A stretch of DNA of 32,000 bases, taken from contig OZ253438.1 in assembly GCA_965261025.1 (NCBI GenBank), positions 1,260,001 through 1,292,000 of the forward strand, in the 5' to 3' direction. Below are positions 17,770 to 25,446 of the stretch, one piece after another. Position 1 is the stretch's first letter, and the number at the start of each line of letters is the position of its first letter. The translations under genes were made by a program, and so were the position numbers. The notes under the pieces are model-generated. The model saw only the letters and a program-made list of their open reading frames with translations. It was not told the origin of the DNA and made no database searches. Source of the DNA: Chlamydiales bacterium. Its GTDB lineage: Bacteria; Chlamydiota; Chlamydiia; Chlamydiales; SM23-39.

Positions 17770-17774
17770 GCCTT

Positions 17775-18356
17775 ATGGAAGTTGGGGTAGTTCTAGGTGT
17801 CAAAAAAAATAAGCGAATTTGTATTATAGCAGATTCTCTGACAATATCGGGAGGATCTAGAAAACAAACGGCAGATCATGTGGTTAATCATGATAAAATC
17901 ATTCGGTGTGGTTCTTCTTATATAGCGACAGCAGGTTGTAGCTCTTGGCATTCCGCTCTCAGGAGCTACTTTTCTCAGAAAAAAAACAAAAATTTTTCCC
18001 TAACAACTAAAGAAGAGATTTTTGGGGAGCTTCTTAAAATGCATTATGTTCTGAAAAAAGAATATTTTTTGGTTCCTTATGAAAAAGAAGAAGATGAATT
18101 TGAGTCTTCCCGATTTGAATCGTTAATTGTTAATCCTTATGGTATTTTCAAAACTTATAAGTTGAGATCTGTACAGCAATTTATCCATTTTGCAGCAATC
18201 GGGAGAGGGGCTGCTTATGCCTTGGGAGCGTTGCATGTTCTATATGATCAGTTAGATTCAGCAGAGGAGATTGCCAAAAAAGCTTTGGATATAGTTGTTG
18301 AGTTTGATGACTCTTCCTCTCTTCCTGCGACATTTCACGTAGTAGAGGAAAAATGA
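17775..18356 (+). CDS. HslV/proteasome-beta-like Ntn-hydrolase fold protein, predicted catalytically inactive paralogue
   Basis: 193 aa. It aligns by eye to E. coli HslV at 'KRICIIADS' (vs 'HVVIAGDG'), 'FAAIGRGAAYALGAL' (vs 'IAIGSGGPYAQAAARAL') and 'SAEEIAKKALDIVVEFDDSSSLPATFHVVE' (vs '[29 protein letters not shown]'). The N-terminus is MEVGVV with no Thr. The GSG serine is replaced (GRG, nt 18195-18209). Confidence 0.7.
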   Translation: MEVGVVLGVKKNKRICIIADSLTISGGSRKQTADHVVNHDKIIRCGSSYIATAGCSSWHSALRSYFSQKKNKNFSLTTKEEIFGELLKMHYVLKKEYFLVPYEKEEDEFESSRFESLIVNPYGIFKTYKLRSVQQFIHFAAIGRGAAYALGALHVLYDQLDSAEEIAKKALDIVVEFDDSSSLPATFHVVEEK

Positions 18357-18934
18357 CAACGATAGCTGCCGTAAAGAAAGGCAAACGGTTGTGTATTGCC
18401 TCTGATTCATTGACGCTATTTGGGTCTAGAAAAGAACTGAGTGGACAACATGTTTATGGGGAAGGAAAATTTATTCGGGTGGGCTCAAACTACATTGGGA
18501 TGGCAGGGCATCCCTCTTGGGAGTTGATTTTAAAGCACTATTTTGCCAGACAAAAGAGGGTTTTTCCATGGAAGACAGCGGAGCAGATTTTTGAGATTTT
18601 TCGTAAAATGCATAGTGATTTGAAGCGTATTTATTATCTTAGCTCTGACAGATCTGATTTCTCTCCTTTTGAAGACTCTGCTTTTGAGTTATTGATTGTG
18701 AATCCCTACGGTATCTTCGAAGTGGAATATTCAAGATTAGTGAGGCAATATTCAAAATTTTCTGCAATCGGTTCAGGGGAATACTACGCCTTAGGAGCTA
18801 TGAAAGCCGTTTATGATGAGCTGAATAATCCTGGCGAAATTGTTGGGTTAGGAATAAAAGCAGCAGCCCAGTTCGATCGAGGGACGGAGCTTCCCTTGCA
18901 TATTTGCTGGATTGATTCAAAAGCGTACAGTTAG
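18353..18934 (+). CDS. HslV/proteasome-beta-like Ntn hydrolase, predicted active paralogue
   Basis: 193 aa. The N-terminus 'MTTIAAVKKGKRLCIASDS' parallels HslV 'MTTIVSVRRNGHVVIAGDG': Thr directly after Met, and Asp at mature position 17. It has the candidate catalytic Lys in 'GEGKFIRVG' and 'FSAIGSGEYYALGAMKAV' (GSG, nt 18764-18778). ATGA overlap with the upstream paralogue. Confidence 0.75.
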   Translation: MTTIAAVKKGKRLCIASDSLTLFGSRKELSGQHVYGEGKFIRVGSNYIGMAGHPSWELILKHYFARQKRVFPWKTAEQIFEIFRKMHSDLKRIYYLSSDRSDFSPFEDSAFELLIVNPYGIFEVEYSRLVRQYSKFSAIGSGEYYALGAMKAVYDELNNPGEIVGLGIKAAAQFDRGTELPLHICWIDSKAYS

Positions 18935-18969
18935 CCCCAAGGGAAAAGGAGCCTTTAAGGCGTTACAAT

Positions 18970-19803
18970 TCAATTAACCCCGTCTTTGTCTTGGCAAATC
19001 AGATCCTCTTGGTAGATCCATCGGGCAATGGAATCGAGCGTAATGGCAGCTGTGTTAGGATAGCAGTTTGGGTCTATCCCTTGGCCTGCAAGATCAAAGA
19101 GGAACTCTTCGGGCAGAGTAGCTTTTATGATAGTAAATTGGTAAGCGCAGAAAGGTTGATCTGAGATAAAAAGTGCCTTACAAGGCTTACAGGAAAGTTC
19201 AAGCCAGGCATTAAGAGTATCTTCCGTATTAGGGCGTTTTAAGGAAGAGTCTTTTATTTTCATGGGCGCCACAACAAAAACAACGGGTAAAGAACGCATT
19301 TCTTCGGGGATTTGCGTATCCTTCCAGAGGATGAAAGCCGCTTCTGATTCCTTGCTGCAGCGATCTGTCAATGTATCTACACGCTCATCCAAGGGTCTAT
19401 CACCTGTTAGCCATACGATTTCCTTAAAGCGTACCCCTTCGTTCCAAAGTTGTTTTAGATAGTCAAGCCGCACTTGCATCCGAGAAGTAGTGGCTCCAAG
19501 AATCAGAGCTTTGTCGTAGACCTTAGAAACAGGTTTCCAAGGAGTGTATAATCCTTGCCTGGTAGCCCAGTCTATTACAAAAGCTTTTTGATCTAGGGAA
19601 AGCTCGGCAATTTCCCATCGCTCTTGATTCGATTTGCGTAGCCAGCGTTTTTGTGTTTCGAGGATAACATCAGCTTCTGGGGGGATATCCAAGGCCAGGC
19701 TAAGTTCAGAAAGAGCTGCTGGATCCATTTTCCGATCTTGAAGGGGTAGGGCAAAGGATGAACTACAAAAAAAGGCAGTAAATAGAAAAAGCCACCGTTT
19801 CAT
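18970..19803 (-). CDS. Exported DUF218 (YdcF/ElyC/SanA-like) domain protein
   Basis: Signal peptide 'MKRWLFLFTAFFCSSSFA|LP' (ATG 19803 preferred over 19845). 'ALILGATTSRMQVRLDYLKQLWNEGVRFKEIVWLTGDRPL', 'SEAAFI', 'RPNTEDTLNAW' and 'ALFISDQPFCAYQ' follow the order of the DUF218 pattern (VLGg..R...a..L.....ii.sGg / sEA / s.nT.eNa / lVTs.fH..Ra). GC is visibly higher than in the neighbouring genes. Confidence 0.45.
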   Translation of the reverse strand: MKRWLFLFTAFFCSSSFALPLQDRKMDPAALSELSLALDIPPEADVILETQKRWLRKSNQERWEIAELSLDQKAFVIDWATRQGLYTPWKPVSKVYDKALILGATTSRMQVRLDYLKQLWNEGVRFKEIVWLTGDRPLDERVDTLTDRCSKESEAAFILWKDTQIPEEMRSLPVVFVVAPMKIKDSSLKRPNTEDTLNAWLELSCKPCKALFISDQPFCAYQFTIIKATLPEEFLFDLAGQGIDPNCYPNTAAITLDSIARWIYQEDLICQDKDGVN

Positions 19804-20020
19804 AAAAACCCCAAGATAAAACATGCAAAAGCAGCACCTTACCATAGTTTTCTATAAATTACCTATAGATATTTTTTCAAAATGCTAGAGATTATAGATC
19901 CGGATCAGCTGTTAGCATCACCTGAATTTTTGAAAAATCCTCTTTTTCCTTTCCTTATTCTATAGGTTATTGAAGTTTAAGGGTTCTTGTGTAAACTGGG
20001 GGTAGATGGATGGTTACATT

Positions 20021-20491
20021 ATGAAGAGAGTATGGGTTTTTTTAGGACGCTTTTTTTTGAGTCTTATTTTTCTAACAGCGGCAATTCAAAAAGGGATAGA
20101 TTGGCATAGGACAGAATCAGAGGTGGTTCAGGCTCTTTCAAGATGGCATACCCACTTTTCTGAGGGAGCTTTTTTTAAAGAAACCGCTACCTGGGCTCCT
20201 TTTTTATTAGTAATAGCTATTTTTTTAGAGTTCGTAGGAGCTCTTCTTGTTTTATTGAATATCCGAATGAAGCTGGGAGCTTTTTTCTTAGTGATTTTTT
20301 TTATTCCTACTACGTTACTTTTTTACCCATTTTGGTTTTTTGAAGGGGCAGAAAGAGATGAGCAGATTGTGATGTTTTTAAAAAATCTTGCTATATTGGG
20401 AGGGCTATTTCTTCTTTTAGGTAAGGAGGCTTTTAAGAACAAAACAGGGATCTCTAACGGGGAAAGTTCTGATTTACCAGGGAATGATTGA
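20021..20491 (+). CDS. DoxX-family integral membrane protein
   Basis: About 156 aa with four hydrophobic segments. 'LGRFFLSLIFLTAAIQKG' and 'FLKNLAILGGLFLLLG' are typical DoxX N- and C-terminal signatures. ATG 20021 ('MKRVWVF') is preferred to 20006. Confidence 0.6.
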   Translation: MKRVWVFLGRFFLSLIFLTAAIQKGIDWHRTESEVVQALSRWHTHFSEGAFFKETATWAPFLLVIAIFLEFVGALLVLLNIRMKLGAFFLVIFFIPTTLLFYPFWFFEGAERDEQIVMFLKNLAILGGLFLLLGKEAFKNKTGISNGESSDLPGND

Positions 20492-22194
20492 AGCTTTTGG
20501 AAATTTTTTTTTTTCTTGTCTCTCTCCTTCTGATTTCTTTAGGGCAGCCCCTTTTTTCCAATATTTGTAGTTTCTTGGCAAGTTTTTTGGGCTATGCTCT
20601 TTTCTGGCGTTCCCTTTTTTCTTTTTCTCCCAAAAAAGCTTTTTGGGTAGCTACTTTTTGGTTTTTTCTTGTACAGCTTGTACAGCTTTCTTGGATGATC
20701 TCCTTTGAGTACCAAGGCTTTTATATTCTTTTCGTCTATTTTTTCGTCTCTTTTGCTATAGGATTGCAGTTTGGTTTTTTGAGTTTTTTTATTAGAAGGT
20801 TTTTTACAGAACAGGGAAAAAGGCCCCTTCTTTTTTTTCTAGCTACCGCTTCTCTTTGGGTTTTTTTAGAACTAATGCGTCTTTTTATAGTTTGTGGATT
20901 TTCCTGGAATCCGGTAGGGATTTCTTTGGCTTTTCACCCTATTGGGATGCAAGCGGCTGCTTTGTGGGGGGTATATGGGCTAAGTTTTTGGGTAATTTTT
21001 ACCAACTTGTGGGGATTAAAAGCTCTTTTTCACAGAGAAAGAAGAACCTGTATTTTTTGGGGAATTTGTCTTGTATTCCCTTATCTATTTGGATTTTTTC
21101 ATATAGCTTTTCATGAGCAAAAAGCAAAGAAAGAAAAAGCTTTTTCCGCTCTTTTGATACAAACTGCCTTAAGACCTGAGGAAAAATCCCCTCACTTTTC
21201 TTGGGAAAGTTTTGTTTCTCCTTATGAACAATGGAGAAGGATTTTTAAAGAGGTAGGAAAACAAGAACAAAAAGCTGATTTGGTAGTTCTTCCGGAAGTA
21301 GCACTTCCCTTTGGAGCATCTCGTGCTGTGTACCCTTTAGAGGAGATAGAGGTTCTCTGGAGGGAAGTTTTTCCCTTTGAAATGAAAACGGCTTTCCCAG
21401 AAAACCTTTTTGCCTATACAGAAGAAAGGGAAGGAAAAATTTTTGTAAGTAATGTTTTTATTTTACAAGTTCTAGCCAATGCTTTTCAGCAGCAGTGGGT
21501 AGCGGGGCTAGAGACCTATGATCCTTCTCTGAAAAAAGGGTTTAATGCGGCTTTTTACTTCAGGCCAGGTCAGGCAAGCTATGCCAGATATGAAAAAAGG
21601 GTGTTAGTTCCCATAGGAGAGTATATTCCCTATAACTGGCTTAAAAGCTGGGCAAAGATATTTGGAATTCATACCTCTTTTTCCGTTGGGAAAGAAGCGA
21701 AGGTTTTTTCTGAAAAAAATCCTTTTTCTATTTCTATTTGCTATGAAGAGACCTTCCCTTATCTGATCCGAGAAGGAAGAAAAAAAGGGGCAAAGCTTTT
21801 TATAAATCTTTCCAATGATGTGTGGTTTCCTAAAACTACTCTAGCTTTACAACACTATTTGCATGGAATGTTAAGAGCTATAGAAAATGGAGCTTCTTGC
21901 CTAAGAGCTACCAATACAGGAATTACAGCAGCAGTAGATCCTTTAGGAAGAGAGGTTGCCTCTTTCTTAAAAGAAAACTCTCAAAGAGAAGAGACGTTTG
22001 GGGGTCTTTTTGTTTCTTTTCCTCTGTATTCTTTTTCTACTTTGTATACTCTCTGGGGAGAGCTTCCCCTGCTTTTAGGAGGGGTTTTTTTTCTGGGTCA
22101 ATTCGTCTTTAGATTGAGAAATAGGGCTTGCTCAAAAAAAGGAAATTGGCTTACCTTCTCTAGAGATTTAAAAGAGGGAAATGGCCTGTTTTGA
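20488..22194 (+). CDS. lnt: Apolipoprotein N-acyltransferase
   Basis: 568 aa with a polytopic N-terminal half followed by a CN-hydrolase domain. The catalytic triad context is present: 'LVVLPEVALP' (Glu), 'YEKRVLVPIGEYIP' (Lys) and 'SISICYEETF' (Cys). TTG start overlaps the DoxX stop (TTGA). Confidence 0.88.
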   Translation: MKLLEIFFFLVSLLLISLGQPLFSNICSFLASFLGYALFWRSLFSFSPKKAFWVATFWFFLVQLVQLSWMISFEYQGFYILFVYFFVSFAIGLQFGFLSFFIRRFFTEQGKRPLLFFLATASLWVFLELMRLFIVCGFSWNPVGISLAFHPIGMQAAALWGVYGLSFWVIFTNLWGLKALFHRERRTCIFWGICLVFPYLFGFFHIAFHEQKAKKEKAFSALLIQTALRPEEKSPHFSWESFVSPYEQWRRIFKEVGKQEQKADLVVLPEVALPFGASRAVYPLEEIEVLWREVFPFEMKTAFPENLFAYTEEREGKIFVSNVFILQVLANAFQQQWVAGLETYDPSLKKGFNAAFYFRPGQASYARYEKRVLVPIGEYIPYNWLKSWAKIFGIHTSFSVGKEAKVFSEKNPFSISICYEETFPYLIREGRKKGAKLFINLSNDVWFPKTTLALQHYLHGMLRAIENGASCLRATNTGITAAVDPLGREVASFLKENSQREETFGGLFVSFPLYSFSTLYTLWGELPLLLGGVFFLGQFVFRLRNRACSKKGNWLTFSRDLKEGNGLF

Positions 22195-23111
22195 CGGTTC
22201 TTCCGAATAACAGAAAAGTACAAGAGAAGTGTCTTTCTACTTCTACGAGAAAAGGAAGAGCTCCTTCGTTTTATTCCACATTGAGTAAAGAGGTGTTTCA
22301 TGAAGGAGAAGGGCTTTTTACTGGCATCAAAGTACAGATGAGGCTTTTGCCTGCTCCTTTGGGGACAGGGATCGTTTTTCAAAGGCTTGATTTACCCAAG
22401 GCGCCTTTGATTCCGGCCCGTCTTGCCTATGTGCAGAAGACTCCAAGGTGTACCATTTTGGGAAAAGAGGGTTTTTTTGTGCAAACAGTGGAACATCTCC
22501 TTTCTGCTTTATATTCCTTAGAAATAGATAATGTGATCATCCAGTTAGATGCTCCTGAAGTTCCTATTGATGACGGAAGTTCAAAGGTTTTTGTGGATTT
22601 GATCGAGGAGGCGAAAGTCTCTTTTTTCTCTGAAGAAAAAAAGCTTTTTTCTTTGAAGGAGATGGTCAGTTTTTCTTCAGGAGATACTCACTTGATTGCT
22701 TTGCCGGATGAAACATTTCGAATTAGCTATACCATGGACTACCCGCAGTCTTCTTTTATAGGTTCTCAGTACTTATCTTTGCCTATTAGCAAGGAAAGTT
22801 ATAAAAAAGAGGTGGCTTCTTCTCGCACTTTTTCTTTGTATGAGGAGCTACAGGAAATGTTAGAAAAGGGGCTGTTACAAGGGGCTGGGTTAAAAAATGG
22901 GGTGGTAATAAAGGAAGATGCTGTTTTAAATCCTGAAGGACTTCGTTACAAAAATGAAATGGTTCGGCATAAAATTTTAGATCTTTTAGGGGATTTATCC
23001 TTGCTGGGAATCTCTTTTGTAGCGCATATTATCGCTATCCGTTCAGGTCACTTTTCCAACGTTGCTTTTGCTAGGGCTCTAGAGCGTTATTTGCAAGGAG
23101 GAATTTCCTAA
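22191..23111 (+). CDS. lpxC: UDP-3-O-acyl-N-acetylglucosamine deacetylase
   Basis: 'TVEHLLSAL', 'VRHKILDLLGDLSLLG' and 'IRSGHFSNVAFARAL' match the LpxC zinc-binding and catalytic His/Asp motifs. The exact start is uncertain: TTG 22191 is the only plausible in-frame initiator upstream of the conserved core. Confidence 0.9.
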   Translation: MTVLPNNRKVQEKCLSTSTRKGRAPSFYSTLSKEVFHEGEGLFTGIKVQMRLLPAPLGTGIVFQRLDLPKAPLIPARLAYVQKTPRCTILGKEGFFVQTVEHLLSALYSLEIDNVIIQLDAPEVPIDDGSSKVFVDLIEEAKVSFFSEEKKLFSLKEMVSFSSGDTHLIALPDETFRISYTMDYPQSSFIGSQYLSLPISKESYKKEVASSRTFSLYEELQEMLEKGLLQGAGLKNGVVIKEDAVLNPEGLRYKNEMVRHKILDLLGDLSLLGISFVAHIIAIRSGHFSNVAFARALERYLQGGIS

Positions 23112-23114
23112 AAG

Positions 23115-23579
23115 ATGGGACAAGAAAAGAAGCAATCTTTGGTTTTTGGTCCTAGGGAATTGTCTGATATTCTTCCCCATCGCTATCCTTTTTTATTAGT
23201 AGATAAGATTATCCATCTTGATTTAGAAAAAGAGAGGATTATAGGGCAGAAAAACGTGACGATGAATGAAGCGTTTTTTCAGGGGCATTTCCCGGGAGCA
23301 CCTATTATGCCAGGAGTTCTTATTATAGAGGCTTTAGCGCAAACAGGGGGAGTGTTAGTTCACCAGAAAGGGTACAAAACAAAGATAGCAGTGCTTCTTA
23401 ACATAGCAAGAGCTAAGTTTCGCAGGCCTGTTCATCCTGGTGACACTCTACATCTTCATGCAGAAGCATTGCATGTAAGTAAGATGGGAGGGAAAATGAA
23501 AGCGAGTGCTTTGGTAGAAGAGAGATTAGTAGTAGAAGCAGAAATGAGTTTTGCTTTAGTAGAAAAGAGTCAATTATAG
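23115..23579 (+). CDS. fabZ: 3-hydroxyacyl-ACP dehydratase
   Basis: 154 aa. 'LPHRYPFLLVDKI' and 'FFQGHFPGAPIMPGVLIIEALAQTGG' are hot-dog fold FabZ signatures. Confidence 0.95.
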   Translation: MGQEKKQSLVFGPRELSDILPHRYPFLLVDKIIHLDLEKERIIGQKNVTMNEAFFQGHFPGAPIMPGVLIIEALAQTGGVLVHQKGYKTKIAVLLNIARAKFRRPVHPGDTLHLHAEALHVSKMGGKMKASALVEERLVVEAEMSFALVEKSQL

Positions 23580-23602
23580 AAAATTTAAAAAGCGGTTTTT
23601 TC

Positions 23603-24442
23603 ATGTCTTACATAGATCCAAAGGCATTTGTAGAAGAGGGAGCAGAAATAGGTATTGGTGTAACCATAGAGGCGTTTGCTGTGGTAAAAAAGCATGTTGT
23701 TCTCAAAGATGGAGTAACTATCAAATCGCATGCATATATTGATGGATATACGACGATAGGAGAAAACACTACAATTTGGCCTGGGGCAAGTGTGGGAACT
23801 AAGACACAAGATCTTAAATTTCGGGGGGAAAAAACTTACGTAATCATAGGGAAAAACTGTGAAATCCGGGAGTTTGTTACCATCAATTCTTCTTGTCATG
23901 AAGGCTCTGAAGTTCATGTAGGGGATGGGTGTCTTATCATGGCTTATTGTCATATAGCACATAACTGCCATTTGGGTAAAAAAGTGATTATGTCCAATGG
24001 AGCCATGTTAGCAGGTCACGTTACCATTGAAGATTATGCTATTATTGGTGGAATGACTCCTATTCATCAACATTGTAAGGTGGGCTCTTATGCCATGGTA
24101 GGTGGTTTTAGTAGGATCTCCAAAGATATCCCTCCCTATACCTTAGGAACGGGGGTTCCTTATAAGTTGGGTGGATTGAATCTGGTGGGTTTAAAAAGGC
24201 ATAACTTTTCTCTTTCGGTAAGGCAGAAGTTAAGTAAGGCGTTTCGTTTTACCTATAGAAAGGGGCTTCATTTACAAGAGGCTATTTCTTACATAGAGTC
24301 GGAAGTGGATCTGATTCCCGAGGTAAAGCATTGGATAGATTTTTGTAGATCTACTAAGAGGGGTTTAATCTGCTTAGAAGGCGTGACAAGGCAAGGGGTT
24401 TCTCCTGATTTTGAGGAGCTTTTAGAAGAAGAAATGGTGTAG
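23603..24442 (+). CDS. lpxA: Acyl-ACP--UDP-N-acetylglucosamine O-acyltransferase
   Basis: 279 aa with left-handed beta-helix hexapeptide repeats throughout ('IGIGVTIEAFAVV', 'IGENTTIWPGASVG', 'VGDGCLIMAYCHIAHNCHLG'). The C-terminal helical domain includes 'GLNLVGLKRHNFS'. Confidence 0.93.
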   Translation: MSYIDPKAFVEEGAEIGIGVTIEAFAVVKKHVVLKDGVTIKSHAYIDGYTTIGENTTIWPGASVGTKTQDLKFRGEKTYVIIGKNCEIREFVTINSSCHEGSEVHVGDGCLIMAYCHIAHNCHLGKKVIMSNGAMLAGHVTIEDYAIIGGMTPIHQHCKVGSYAMVGGFSRISKDIPPYTLGTGVPYKLGGLNLVGLKRHNFSLSVRQKLSKAFRFTYRKGLHLQEAISYIESEVDLIPEVKHWIDFCRSTKRGLICLEGVTRQGVSPDFEELLEEEMV

Positions 24443-24450
24443 CTTTTTTT

Positions 24451-25383
24451 ATGAAGCTGGTTTTTTTTGGGACTCCTTATTTTGCTTCTCGTACGCTGCG
24501 GTATCTTCTCTCTTCTCCTTGCCAAGTAATTGCTGTAGTAACTAGGCCCGATAAACCGAAGGGGCGGTTTTTAAAAGAACGCTTTCCCCCTGTGAAAGCG
24601 TTTTGTCAAGAAAGTTTTTCCTCTGTTCCGGTTTTTCAGCCTCAGAAGGCCTCTGATCCTATTTTTCTAGACCAATTGAGAAAATTAAAAGCCGATTATT
24701 TTGTAGTGGTAGGCTATGGGCAAATCCTTCGAAAGGAACTCTTAAAAATCCCGCTAAAGGGCTGTATCAATGTACATGCTTCTCTTCTTCCTAAGTATCG
24801 GGGAGCAGATCCTATGAGGAGAGCCCTTTTAGAGGGAGAAAAAAAAACAGGGATTACCATCATGGATATGGTAGAGGAGTTAGATGCAGGGGATATGTAT
24901 GCTCAAGAAGAAATAAAAATTCCTTTAGAGATGAACTTTTCTTGTCTTCAAGAAAAACTTCTAGATATAGGGGCCCCTCTTTTAGTAAAAACCCTTCTAA
25001 AAATACAAAAAGGCAAGGGTGTTGCGAAAAAGCAAGATAGCGCCTTTTCTAGTTATGCCAAGAAGATTGCTCCTCAAGAAAGGGAGATTTCTTGGAATTT
25101 TCCCGCGGAGAAAATTCATAATCAAATTCGCGCTTTCTCTTCTTCTCCTGGGGCCTGGGTTTGGACTTTCTTCGGGGGAGAGAAGAAAAAGGTGAAGATC
25201 TTGGCTTCTAGGGTCTCACAACAGGAGGGAGTGCCTTCCCAAATTTTAGAAAAATCGAAAAAAAACTTACGAGTAGCTTGTCAAAAAAAATCTATAGAGA
25301 TCTTAACGATTCAGCTAGAGGGAAAAAAAGAAATGCCTATAGCTTCCTTCTTAGCAGGGGTAAAAAAAGAATTTTATTTTTAA
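24451..25383 (+). CDS. fmt: Methionyl-tRNA formyltransferase
   Basis: 310 aa. 'MKLVFFGTPYFA', 'VVTRPDKPKGR', 'INVHASLLPKYRGADP' and 'TGITIMDMVEELDAGDM'. Confidence 0.93.
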   Translation: MKLVFFGTPYFASRTLRYLLSSPCQVIAVVTRPDKPKGRFLKERFPPVKAFCQESFSSVPVFQPQKASDPIFLDQLRKLKADYFVVVGYGQILRKELLKIPLKGCINVHASLLPKYRGADPMRRALLEGEKKTGITIMDMVEELDAGDMYAQEEIKIPLEMNFSCLQEKLLDIGAPLLVKTLLKIQKGKGVAKKQDSAFSSYAKKIAPQEREISWNFPAEKIHNQIRAFSSSPGAWVWTFFGGEKKKVKILASRVSQQEGVPSQILEKSKKNLRVACQKKSIEILTIQLEGKKEMPIASFLAGVKKEFYF

Positions 25384-25446
25384 CTGCTTGCCTGTAAAGA
25401 AAGAGTGCTTTAAACTGTCTCTTTATTCTTTCAAAAAGGAGACTTT

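Noticed and set aside
17600-17812. Alternate-frame ORFs (17600-17803 minus strand, 17627-17812 plus strand) over the basic-protein gene
   Set aside because: They are by-products of the purine-rich low-complexity tract. Neither has a signal, a start context or continuity with neighbours. The 17398 frame is preferred because it carries a clean signal peptide and ends just before the next gene.
18935-18969. Bidirectional terminator between the convergent HslV-like and DUF218-like genes
   Set aside because: The only symmetry is GCCTT-T-AAGGC. This cannot form a hairpin with a viable loop, and there is no flanking T or A run.
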